Shown here piece by piece: positions 40,405 to 52,138 of a stretch of DNA of 64,000 nt (the stretch's first letter is position 1; every line of letters begins with the position of its first letter). Source of the stretch: Camelus ferus (Eukaryota). Both the position numbers and the translations under genes were made by a program. Where the stretch lies: NCBI RefSeq assembly GCF_009834535.1, contig NC_045696.1:38442001-38506000 (forward strand). Direction: 5' to 3'. The notes beneath the pieces were generated by a model. That model worked only from the letters and a program-made list of their open reading frames with translations, ran no database searches and had not been told where the DNA came from.

Positions 40405-40870
40405 TGTCAAGAGAATGCAAATTAAAACAAGAGGAATACCATTTTGCACATCTGATTGGCAAAAAATCCAAAATTTTGATTACGACAAGTATATTTGAAG
40501 ATATGGGAAAACAGGAACTCTCATTCACTGTTATTGAAACTATAAATTGATTTAATCACTTCAGAGACAAATTTGGTAATATCTAGTAAAGCTGAAGAGT
40601 ATGTAATCTATGATTCAGAAATTCCATATTTTTCTAGCAAAAATTTTCCTAGATGTATGCATAATAGTATATGCAAAGATGTTTATCACAGCATTATTTT
40701 TAAGAGCAGATAGGTTTAAAAACTTAAATGACTAGCAATATAGAAATAGATAAACAATAGTATTTTCATATTTGGAATGTCAACGTCACTTGCAGTGATT
40801 AAACTACATCTACATATATCAGCATGGATGACTCTTAAGAGCATTATTGTGGGGAAGAAACAAATTTCTA
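40405..40870 (+). mobile_element. L1ME-like 3' region
   Basis: aatgcaaattaaaacaa...ataccatttt...aacaggaactctcattcactg...atgtttatcacagcattattt. Confidence 0.7.
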
Positions 40871-42019
40871 TGGTGCAAGTTAATCTGCCACCATGACATT
40901 ACTACGTTCTATTCTGCTGGGGATGATGCTAAAAACTGTTTTATAGGGTGTCTATAAAGTTTGGAAACATACAAATATGAGACCAACAAGAAGAACTTCT
41001 GTCTGTAAAAAATAAATAACATTATCTGTTTTCAGACTTTATGGACACTATGGTATGAGATGGGCCAATGGGTATGAGTGAAGATCATCTGTATCATAAA
41101 ATGTATTTTAAATACTTGTTTTAAATTCTTTAAGAAATGTGTCTTTTGAAATAAAAGCTTGGTTTCAGAATGCAGGCTCATGCAGGTCCTAAGAAGGTCA
41201 GGTGGGATGTTGTTCCCTAAAATGTTATTGTTACTTATGTAAGACAGTGAGCAGTGAGATTAAAAACAATCATACTGCAGTTTTGTTTGTTTGTCTGTTT
41301 ATTTTTTTAGTCATTTTATCCAAACAAAATTATTATGCTTTTTACATGCTTTGGGCAATTCCATGTCATGATTTAGGCTAGAAATGGGTTAAATGAAGTA
41401 GAATAGAATTGTAATTATATCTCTTTAGAAAGGTAAATTTAGCTTCAGAAATGTCCTAGGGTCTCCTCTGCTTTTCATCACGAAGTCCATTCATTTTAGG
41501 CTTTATATCCTCTCCACTTTGAAGATGGGAAGTTATTACAGTTTGAGCCAGGAGGAGTTCAGAACTGTTGTAGGTCTGCTTTTCTCCATTTCACATTTTA
41601 GGTCACATGTGCTTTCTACTTAGTTCAGAAGTTTTAACTTCTCTCAAATAAACCATTTTTACTTTTACAATACAAAAAAAAATCATCAATATTTTAAAGA
41701 TGCTAGTGAGTTTGCTGAAAATTTCATGCACTATTCTAAGAGGTCAGGGTTTCACACTCTAGCAGAGCTTCCTTCACTCTTGGCGACAGTGTATATGTGT
41801 TGGAGGAGGATCTGATTAAACCTGAATGGAAATGCCAGAATCCCTCATAAGTTGTCCCAAGAAAGAGCAACCCGTAAGCCATGGATACTTAGGAGAAGCA
41901 ATGGGCAGGGTCAGTAGAGACTGCCTATGAGAGTTTGAATAATTTAAGTACCCCTAGAGTCTAAGTGAAGACATAATACAGTTCTGAAAGGAGCAATATA
42001 CTACAGCCAAATCTATATT

Positions 42020-42412
42020 CGTAACAGGTGCTATCATGCCCCAGCCTTTCACTTTTATGACTTAAGAATCCACTGGCCCCTTGAGCCTGGATTTTACTTT
42101 ATGGGGAATTAATGTGCCCAGGAGCAGTTCTCAGTGAATGACTTTTGAGAGTTGGTGTATAAATAACCCAACTCTCCCCTTCTCCGAGTTAGGTAGGATA
42201 ATTTTGAGGTGTGTGTCCTACTCTTGCTGTCATGGTTTCCCCAGCTGGATTAAACTCCAGTCACCCATACTAGTACCTGGCTTAAAACATCTTTATATGC
42301 TAGCTTCACTTCCTTATCTCATTTTTCCTCAGGCCCCCTTCACTTTCCAAATAAACAATTTATGCTGGATTCTTGTTTCAGAGTCAACATATCAAAGAAC
42401 CCAAATTAAGAT
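42020..42412 (+). mobile_element. LTR16C-like LTR (ERVL)
   Basis: ggggaattaatgtgcccaggagcagttctcagtgaatgac...ggattaaactccagtcaccc...ccaaataaac...gaacccaaattaagat. Confidence 0.7.
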
Positions 42413-43599
42413 TACATTGTTGCATTCTTTATTCTTACTCAGCTTCCTAAAATAGTTTTAAGCCATTTCATTGCAGTCCAAAGGGAAACAAGGAATATTG
42501 TCAGTTAAAAGACACCTTTAAGGTATCCTAGTTTCTGAAAGCATTGCTGGAGCTGTAGGGAATCGTACCGAAAGAAAAATCTGTCTGTGACTGTTTAAAT
42601 TCCTCTGGTGCTGTCATTTATATCTGACATACTTTTGATTCTGGATTCAATTTAGCTGCTGGCTCTCATCTGCTGGCTATTCCAGCTTCTAGATTCTAAA
42701 TTCTAGCCCAATAACTACAGAACTCCCTAGCCCTGGCTCCACTTTTGCCAATTCTGCACAGGGCAGGACATAAATAGCACACTGGATTGCTCAGCAGCAT
42801 CATAAGAGGACCTAAGGGGATAAGGTGAAACTAGTGAGCGCTTTGCTTTGGCCCATTGAATTATTGAGATATTCATTTGGCTGAAGGAACCAAAACCAAA
42901 GTTTATATAGGGATAAAAACTACAGTTAATAAAATGGAGTTTTTCTTACCATTTTTTCTTTCCCCAGTGAAATTCTTGAAATAACAAAGCCACTTATAAT
43001 GAAAAGTCATTAGAGCAATTTAACATTGAAAGTGCCAGTGTCTGAACACATTTTACATGAGAGTGAAATCAACGTCAGGAAAACAAAATGGTTTTCACTG
43101 GCTTGGCATTTATGTGCATGTAATTTTCTTACACTTGGATGGTGATTGTGACTCAGAGGTGTCTGACATTTATTCAGCCTACTCTCACTGCTGCTCTCTC
43201 CCCAGTTGGCCAGGCAAGTCCAGTTCTGTTTCCTGAAGGAGTTTGCTTAATTACAGTTGACCAGAGTTCACTGGCCAAGCACAACTCCCACTGCCTTGAG
43301 GCATCAGCATTGTTGGTACAGGCACATATGAGACAAGGAGAAAGTTAGAGGAGAGAGAGCTTCCAGCTCCTCTTCCATTAGCCGGTGACAAGCATCTTGT
43401 CTGAAAAGAATACAATGATGAATTTAGTTTTGATTATTGTTAAATCCTTGGTGAGCCATGGCTGAAATCCGTGGGTCCTTTTTCGTAGAATGTGACATGA
43501 GGGGTGGTAAAATTAAGCAAGGCAGTTATTTAGATATTATTTTTCTTAATTGCATTCATAAATGTAAGAATGGGTTTATGGGGAACACATGTGTCATGT

Positions 43600-43778
43600 C
43601 ATGGTACTTGGCAACTCTGGCTGTACATTAGAATAACCTCAGAAAATTGAGGAACTGCCCCCTCCACCACCAACACCAGAGATTCTGATTTAACTGACCC
43701 AGGGTATAACCAGGGCATCAGTAATTTTCAGAGCTCCTTAGCTGGTTCTAATTTGCGTCTGAGGTTGAAAACCACCAG
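43600..43778. mobile_element. MER5A hAT MITE
   Basis: caactctggctgtacattagaataacct...ccagagattctgatttaactg...gggcatcagtaatttt...ggttgaaaaccac. Confidence 0.8.
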
Positions 43779-44409
43779 TGAGAGCAAGACAATCTGAGTT
43801 CTAATCCTGGCTTTGCCACTTTGTCAGACTTAACCTCTATGGAATTATGTTGGTTCTTTAAATAACTAATGTATAATTTCAAATATTTATACATATTTTA
43901 AAATTTAAAAAAATATGAATCACATAATTGTCCTCTAACCTCAAGGAATTCATTAGCTAATGAGAGGGGCTGGGGGGTGGCCACAAGTTAACTTTGAAAC
44001 AGACCCTTATTGATAGAAATAAATCATGGAGAACAATGACAGCAAACATTTGCCCTTTAAATAGAAAAAATCTCAATCTCATGAAAAAACTAGGATTTGA
44101 GCTCAGCCTCAGATAAGGATATTCTAGGTTAAAGAGCAGCATTTGCAAAGGCTCTGGAGAATTCAGGATGTGTTTGGTGAAAAAAAAAGAAAAAGTAGTT
44201 TAAGGTAGCTGTGTTCATTGACAGTGGGCAAGAAGTTATGAAGGCTTCCCAGGACCAGATTGTGAAGGGTCTTAAATACCAAGCACTACTCATTCAAGTG
44301 TAAGAGGAATTCCTTAATAGAAATTTGATAGCAGTGTCAGAAAGTGTTGTGTTTTACATTTTGAGAGAGGTTTCCCAGTCTCCCGCTAGGCTTCTACCTG
44401 AGTGAGTGC

Positions 44410-44630
44410 TACAGAGAGGTTTTAATTGGCAAAATCAGGAATCAAACTCCAGTCTGTAAGCAGAATCCATGAGCTTAACCACAGCACTGTATTGCCTCAG
44501 GCCTATCATGTATATTGTAATGAGATAAATCCTTTCCACCTTACAAATTGTCTGTGATTGATTGAATGAGATGGTGCAGTTATGTTTTACAACATGCCTG
44601 GTACATAATAAATGTTCAGTAAATTATTAA
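44410..44630. mobile_element. MIR: 5' part on - strand abutting 3' part on + strand
   Basis: ggaatcaaactccagtctg...gagcttaaccacagcactgtattgcctc (reverse MIR head), then atgcctggtacataataaatgttcagtaaat (forward MIR tail). Confidence 0.6.
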
Positions 44631-44794
44631 TTTCTGTCCTGTGGTGTTTTCATTCTGGCAACCTCTGTGCCTATGTTCCCTCTAGCAATGCCAGTGTCCA
44701 CACTCAACGTTTTTACCTGTACTGCTTAGTTAAATGCTGACTGTCTCTTTTACTCAGATTCTTAGTATAATTTCTCAGTCCTTTCTTCCAGTTT

Positions 44795-45000
44795 AATTCA
44801 ACAGATATTTACTGAAAGCTTAGTAGTGCTCAGCAGCCCATGTAGAAGGCCCCAAGTTAGGTGTGAGAGGATACAAAGATGAAAATGGCATACTCTTTGC
44901 ACACTAGGAGCCTGCAATCCAACAGTGGAAATAGACGTGGACATAGCTTTGATTGCCTGCTGGAGGCATAAATAGGGCAGATGTGAAAATATGATAGTTC
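44795..45000 (-). mobile_element. L2 3' fragment
   Basis: attcaacagatatttactga...ttgcacactaggagcctgcaatc. Confidence 0.5.
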
Positions 45001-46589
45001 TGTGCAGTTTATTTTTAATTAGGCTGAAGTATAATGACTGGTTTAAGTTGGAAACATTTGGCAAAAGGCCTAAGGTACTTTGGTTCAGAAATTACATATA
45101 AATTATAATCAAATTGCATTTTAGGAAGCAGAGAAAACAATCAGTCTAATGTCTGATTGCTCAGTTTGTGAATTTTATCTATTTTTCAATAACCAAACAA
45201 AAGCTCATTTGTCAGTTGGACAATTGTACTGCATTTCAACATGAGTATACCCAAGATATCAAGATATGTTTTATGGAATTTGGTAAATGAAAGTTTCATT
45301 TCCTCCAATAAATTATCAAGCAGTAACCCTTGTCAGTTTCTCTAACGTCTCTTAAATCACTGAAGTAGTTTACTCATTAAATACATCTATAAATATGACA
45401 ACACTGAAAAATTGTCTCTGGGAGTCTTTTGATTAGCATTGGTCTTGATTATTTCTTCAGTCTTAAATATTTTATTAAATATTCAAAGTCTTTTTCATAG
45501 TTACAGTCAATATAGGAAAATTGAAAGTTACTTGAAGCCTAAAATCTATTAATACTTGCTACAAAAACTTGAATTCTTAATTGGGATAGTCTTATCCTCG
45601 GGGCAGTTTATGCAAGTCATCCGATTCATATTAGCTTACCTCCTAGAGAACATAAAACATACAACCAGTAGAGCATTGTTTATTATTGGAGAAAAGTAAA
45701 CATGTCTAAAAAACTATTATTTAATTAGGAAATGTACTTGAAAGGAAAACCCCCAGAAAGCAAATAGTAAGCTCTCTTTAGTAATTTAATAACTTTTTTT
45801 GTAAAGGAACAGTTTTTTTATATAATGCTAAGATACTGTAATTAAACTGCTTACATCTTTCATCACACTGCACTGCCTCAGTGTTCTCATCTGTAAGGCA
45901 ATAATGCATATTGAGTAAAGCTAAATCTGGCTTCCAATCTTAATTAAGAAAGTGCTGTTATAAGCAGCAGCACATAGCCCTTATATTTCCCAATACCCAA
46001 TACCCAGTGAAGACATAAATTCCTCACTGCCTGAATTAATGCTGGCCCATAGGCACATAAGGATCAGAATCTTCATCACTAGCTCATAATTTTTGATTGC
46101 TCATCGTTGGCAAGGTACTCTAACTAGGCACTCTAATGCGTACACACACAGCCAAACATGCTGACGACATTGCTTTTACAGCTGAGGGTTCCATGTGTGC
46201 AAAAAGAAGAAGCCTCAAGGAGATGACAGAGTAATAGAGAAAACTGCATTTTATGAAGTAAGGAAAATTACTGAAAGGCTAGAGACATAAATGAATATTT
46301 TCCCTCAGACAGAACTCTTATATACTCTTTACGCGAGAAACTCCTTTATGATACTCAAAAATAGGCTCTCTTTCTGTGAACAGAGATCATGTTTGTTACA
46401 GAGTAAGAGAGTACTGTTGAAATTGATTGCAAAAACTCTGAAGAAGTTTGAAGTCCAAGCTCTGGTAGGGGCATCCTGAGGGTGTGTTGGAGAAGGAATA
46501 TTAAAGATGATATCTTCTCTAGTGAATAGTAATAACAATTTACTGATAAATGAGTGAGAAGATAGTTGAACCTATCTTGACCATGAGAC

Positions 46590-47250
46590 TCATATAGACT
46601 CATTCAGCAAATACTCCCTGAGTAAACTCCCCTTGCCAATTTCTGTCTAGGTGCGAGGGATAAGTCATAAACAAGAATGGTGTTTCCTACTCTCAATAAG
46701 AGCAGTAAAAATTAAACTAATAAATGAACAAAATAAATTCAAATTGTAGTAACATTATGCAAAAAATAAGAACATGTGATAAGATGGAGAGTGGTTAGAG
46801 GATCAGTCCTAAAGCACAGATATCGTTGGTGAATTCCAAAGGAACAAGAGGACCAGGATGACTGGAACAAAGTGAGGGTGGAAGAGAGGGATTAGAGAGG
46901 TAGGAGGGGCCAGATCTTATAGAACCACCCTTTACACTACAAGAGGAATCTGATTTTATTAAAAATGTAATTCTAGCAATTGGAGAGATTAAGCAGTAAA
47001 GACAGCATCTCCATCCTTAAGTGCTGACTGACATTTTTTAAAGATCACTCTGACTATACTATCAAAACTATGTTGTAAGGTGGTGTTTGCAGAAGTGCAG
47101 AAAATTATTGGAATAATTCAGGCAAAAGATGGTAGTGATGTGTACTTGGGTATTAGCAGGGGAAGCGGAGATAAAGGGACAGATTTAGGATCTATTTTGG
47201 AGATGGAACCACAGGAATGGATATAGTGATTTGCCTGCTAGATGCAAAGT
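46590..47250 (-). mobile_element. L2 LINE fragment
   Basis: ctcattcagcaaatact...ggaacaaagtgag...ggggccagatc...ttttaaagatcactctgact...ttttggagatggaaccacagga. Confidence 0.7.
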
Positions 47251-48214
47251 TAGGAGACTACATAAGACTTTTGATGGTAATAGAGATTGTAAGAATGGGA
47301 GAGTTGCCATAAAACAAAATATCATACCCGATTTTGAACAAAACCGTAGTAGCTCTGCCCCACAATACTACAGATGGCTCTGATTATGATACTTCAAGGA
47401 GAAGGAAATAAATTAGAAAAAAGTCCAGAAAGAGCTAATGAAATGTTTAAGGGGTAGAGATCTCAGTGATTATGTTGTGGAGGGAAAATGTCAATCCAGG
47501 GAGTTGGAAGCCTGGAATACTAGGTCCAGCTGTTACTATCTCAACATGTAATTCTGAGGAATGAGCTTTATTTTTCTAAAGCTCTGTCTCCTCCCTTGTA
47601 AAAGAGGAGCGCTATTTTAAAACGTACTATTTTGTGCTAAGATATACTGGCGAACAAAGTAAACTCAAGGTTTTCCCATACCGCATGTCGTCTGAGCACA
47701 TGTCACTTCTGCAGAGCACAGCTGCCCATCCCAGCTCCTTCTGCTTGGGCTCCCATGTCTTCTGCTTATTGGACAGGGTGACTGTATGGTACAGATTGTG
47801 ACTGAGGGATTTTTTTCTGTACAAATTTGTATTTTAAAAAGCAACTCATTGAATTACAAAAAAGTCATCTCAATAATCACTAATGGCTTAAACATTTCAT
47901 AATCTCTATTTGTCTTCTCTTTTGGAAAAATAGTGGGCGAGAGAGGCATGATAAAAGTATATACAGTTTTGTGTTATAAATGATTTTTTCACTAAATGAT
48001 AGACTATTTTAAGCCTTGAAAACATCCTAGAACTTTGAAAAGAGTAAATTTTATCCATGTGAAAAGCAATACTGTTTTATTTAAGAAATAGTGAAACTAT
48101 GAAATATTTACCTATGTATTGAATAGCTATCCATTCTCCAAATAGTAATTGATTTCTTGTGTTTTAGATCCCCAAAATGTAAAGATCCATTACATGGGTA
48201 GATAAAATCATGTG

Positions 48215-48460
48215 TAAGGGAATCATTTCATAGCATCTACCATGGGCCAGATGCTAACTGTTTTAGAAATAAGAACTCAGTTAATTCTCAAGATACCTCT
48301 ACACACTAAGTGCTGTTTTTACAAGTGTTTCATAGATGAGAAATGAGATACAGAGAGATTAACTAAATTTCCTGAGGTCACAAAGTTAATAAGTGGATGG
48401 GTCAAGATTTCAATCTACAGTATCTGGCACTCAGATCTCTGCCCCTAAATGCTGCATTAT
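48215..48460 (-). mobile_element. MIR SINE
   Basis: tttcatagatgagaaatgagatacagagagattaactaaatttcctgaggtcaca...caagatttcaatc. Confidence 0.75.
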
Positions 48461-49719
48461 ATCTAAGAATGATAAAGGAAGACCTTTATTCTTTCTTTGA
48501 GAATTTATCATAGAGAAACAATTCCTGGATTCCTATGATAAATTACTCTCCATCATCATGAGAAAAAGAACAAAGATGCTCAAATCTCATAGAAAAGAAT
48601 TGTGAAGAAATTTTTTAAATGATAAACCAAAGACTTTTTATGCACTCAGCAGAGTTGATTGAATAAATTGAGTAAACAAGATGTTTGTTGAGTGAATTAA
48701 TTCTAGAATAGGATTCAAGTAGATTCACTTGCAATAAGCATGTTTTCTCTACTAATCTTTAAGATGAGTTGCTTAGAAGATATCCTTCCTACAGGATAAA
48801 AAGAGGAGAGAAATATTTATTGGATATGTTATAGATCTATCTACCAGGCTTAAATTTTTCTTAAAAGTACACATAAAAATTGGGCAACTATATGTATAAT
48901 TCTGTTATAAATCTTGGACCTATTCAATCAATAAATTATGTTCCAACTAAAATAAATTCACTTGAATTAAGCAAGAACTTTTATTCCACTGAGTTAAAAA
49001 ATGTGCAAAATTTCTTTCTCCTGGATTACTTTTCTGCCACAAAGCAAATCTAATCCATTATTTGTGTGTGTGTTTGTGTGTATCATTAAAAATATTAAGT
49101 ATGATATTAAGTTGGATAAAATCAGACATTATAAAACTTAAACATATATTTGTTAAATTCTCAAGTACTTTTTTGATATGTAAGATAGAATATATTTTAT
49201 TATGCTTAGTTATAGTATTATACTGTGCATTTTTAATTCTATTTGTTGGAAAATGGCAATTCATTTATGATATACATGACTAGGGTATTTGGTTTAACCA
49301 TTACAGCTGATTTCCTGACTATTTTGGGTACAGAAAAGTTTCTTTCTTGGCATTATGAATTTTTGTGGGATGACTGACCTTAAAACTTACGAATCTGGCC
49401 TTTATTCATTGCTTGTAATGAACTAGGCACCAACTAAACTGATTACATAATTATATTGTGCATCATCTCAACAGATAGGTTAGTTCTCATCTCTTGTTAC
49501 AGATAAGTAAATTCAGACTTGTGGTGGTTAAATAACTTACCTAAGGCTAAGGCAATATATTTCAACCAGTAGGCTTTGAATATAAAATTTCTATGTAAAA
49601 AGCGCTGAATTCTATCCACAGTGAAATAGTCAACATCATTAAATATATTTAACCTGTACTTAATATCTACCTTATCCTTTGTCCATGATATTTTTAAAAT
49701 CATTTTTCTTCACAATGTC

Positions 49720-50320
49720 ACATTTTCCTCTTTTCATTACTACCACTCTTGTTTTGTTGTTAAACATTTATTCTCAGAATCAGTGCCTTAGTCTCCTACC
49801 TGGTCCTCTCACTTCTTGTCTCATATCTCTTTAAGACTCCACTTAAAATAAACTTATGTCCCTTTGTTCAAATATTTCTGTGTCCTTTAGTATCAATATA
49901 AACTTATTTATGCTTTCTTATAAGACTCAATAGCCATCCTCCATCAACTACTTTATATCTCTCTTCTCCCCACTGTCTATTCATTTTATCCCAGTTGGTT
50001 TCCTCTGTATATCTAGGAAATGGTAATACCCATTTTCATTTCCAGATCATTTTTCTTTCATTCTTCATCTCATTCTATCTTTCCATTAAAAAAGTCTGGT
50101 TAAAATGTCACATCTCTAGGCTAATTTTAGCTACTCTACCTGACATTAATGTGTTTTTTCTTGAAACTCCAGGCATTTATTATCCGTACCATTCATGAGT
50201 CATTTAATCACATAGTATCCAAAATTATCATATAACTTGAGCTCTATACTCATTACCTTTTCAGGGACTGGGTCTTATACAACCTGTACCCCTGACTTCT
50301 CTATTATATGCTGAGTGAAT
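49720..50320 (+). mobile_element. L2 LINE fragment
   Basis: ttagtctcctacctggtcctc and taaaatgtcacatct L2-like motifs; tail gctgagtgaat. Confidence 0.45.
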
Positions 50321-50807
50321 TGTAACTGCAGTCAATTGTACAGTTACCAAAGTTGTTCCACTTGAGAACAATCAGAGGTGATTGTACTTGGAAATGCAGT
50401 ATCAGCTAGATGATTTTTGCAATAGCACTGTTATTTTTATGTTCTCCAGTTTGTAAAAGTGTAAAAAAGGAATATTACATATGCATTCAAATTAAAATAT
50501 GCAGTCAAACATGACAGCTGAATATATTTATCAATATGGCAATTTGAGCCAAAGTTCTAAAATTGCAGGCTTCAAAATAAAAGTATGTATTAAAATTTAG
50601 GATTAATTTTCTTAATAGTGCTTCAATATGATGTTTCTTTGGTAACAGCTGTAGTGAAGTATCATATTAATTCCAAGTGTCTTTTGTAAGTATTCCTGCC
50701 CCTTTAAAGGAGCTGTATTAGAAAACTTATAACTTAGTAATACTTACTGACCAGAAAAATTTTGGTTTTATAAGTCAAAGAATATCAAAGACCACTAATT
50801 TTTTTAA

Positions 50808-51010
50808 TTACTTATTTAACAGGTATTTACTGAGCACCTACTGTGTACTAAGCACTGTATTAGAGGATGAGAATTTTAACAGAAAGGTATATTCTTCTCA
50901 CAAGTGCTCACACACTGTTGAAATGGTCATGGAATCAAACCACTGCAAAACAAATACCTGTTATAATGGAGGCCTGTGCAATATGCATTTGAGACAAAGA
51001 GGAGAGACAA
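50808..51010 (-). mobile_element. L2 3' end
   Basis: ttatttaacaggtatttactgagcacctactgtgtactaagcactgtattag. Confidence 0.75.
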
Positions 51011-51349
51011 ACAAATTAGTGTATATTGATAATGTAGTCATTTTGGTTTAATAGCTTATTTGACCACAGTATCTATAGAGTTTGTCTCAATTTAAAGAAA
51101 TCTGATATGCAAATATATAAAATAGATTGAGAGTTTGTAACTGCATAAAGGAAGGTCTGCTAAGAATTGCTACACTGTGTTTAAAATATTTACACATATA
51201 TATACCAAAGATTAACATGGAAAGATTTATACAAAACTCTTATACAAAATTGTATATATACACTTTTGGTTAATGGGATTTATAGCTCAATAATAGAAAA
51301 CTGCTTCTGTGGTCCCTGATTTTCCAACAGAAATACTTATTACAGGTTC

Positions 51350-51815
51350 ATGAGATTCTATAACTGATTTTAGAGAAGAATTCCTGCTTGTCGTGAAAAT
51401 TGGATTATCCAAACACCAGCTTACAGATGATCTTCCTGGGTGTAAAACAGTCATTGGGAAATTCAGGCTCAGGCCAACAGCATTAATATATGGAATGGCT
51501 CTACATGTGTGGAACTAGATATGAGCCAAATCAAAAGACCATATTCGGATCAGACCCATCACATCTGTAAAACATGCACATTCTAGTTTCTGCTGATCAC
51601 ACATCATACAGAGCTGTTGTAAGCAGTGCATTGGAAGTTATGAATCTTGAGTGTCTGCTGTTGCTGCTGCATACAGCATTTCACCCTTGAGTTTGCCCTT
51701 GTGATCCAACCATGCTGGATCAAGATGGGTACTCTGCTTGTACTAGTGAAGATGATGCACCAGTTTACTTCAGTTCAGTATGTGCAGAATATTTCAGTGA
51801 AATGTAAACCAAGGG
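51350..51815 (+). mobile_element. Degraded pogo/Tigger (JRK/TIGD-like) transposase, DDE_1 region, part 1
   Basis: Ordered motif relics: SKHQLT (51408-51425), VIGKFRLRPTAL (51450-51485), YEPNQK (51520-51537), LEVMNLECLLLLLHTAFHP (to 51687) and TSEDD. Contains stops and frameshifts. Confidence 0.5.
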
Positions 51816-52032
51816 TTTTTTTTTTTAACATTTTTTATTGATTTATAATCATTTTACAATGTTGTGTCAAATTCCAGTGTTCAGCACAATTTTTCAGTCA
51901 TTAATGGACATATACACACTCATTGTCACATTTTTTTCTCTGTGAGTTATCATAACATTTTGTGTATATTTCCCTGTGCTATACAGTGTAATCTTGTTTA
52001 TCTATTCTACAATTATGAAATCCCAGTCTGTC
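51816..52032 (-). mobile_element. Young camelid L1 3' end (different subfamily from 6032/22766)
   Basis: Poly-T plus aacattttttattgatttataatcattttacaatgttgtgtcaaattccagtg...gaaatcccagtctgtc; TSD ccaagg(g)tttt on the left and ccaaggtttt at 52033-52042. Confidence 0.88.
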
Positions 52033-52099
52033 CCAAGGTTTTGATAAGCTATTTTAAAATATTAATAGAAAGGTGGTAAATAAACTGCTGTTTAGTAAC
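52033..52099 (+). mobile_element. pogo/Tigger transposase relic, part 2
   Basis: With two single-base indels it reads QG-LISYFKIL-RKVVNKLL, cf. the DQGVIxxFKxxYRKxxxxKLL pattern. Confidence 0.5.
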
Positions 52100-52138
52100 A
52101 CCATTAGTTGTTATTCAGCATACAAACATTACAGGAAT

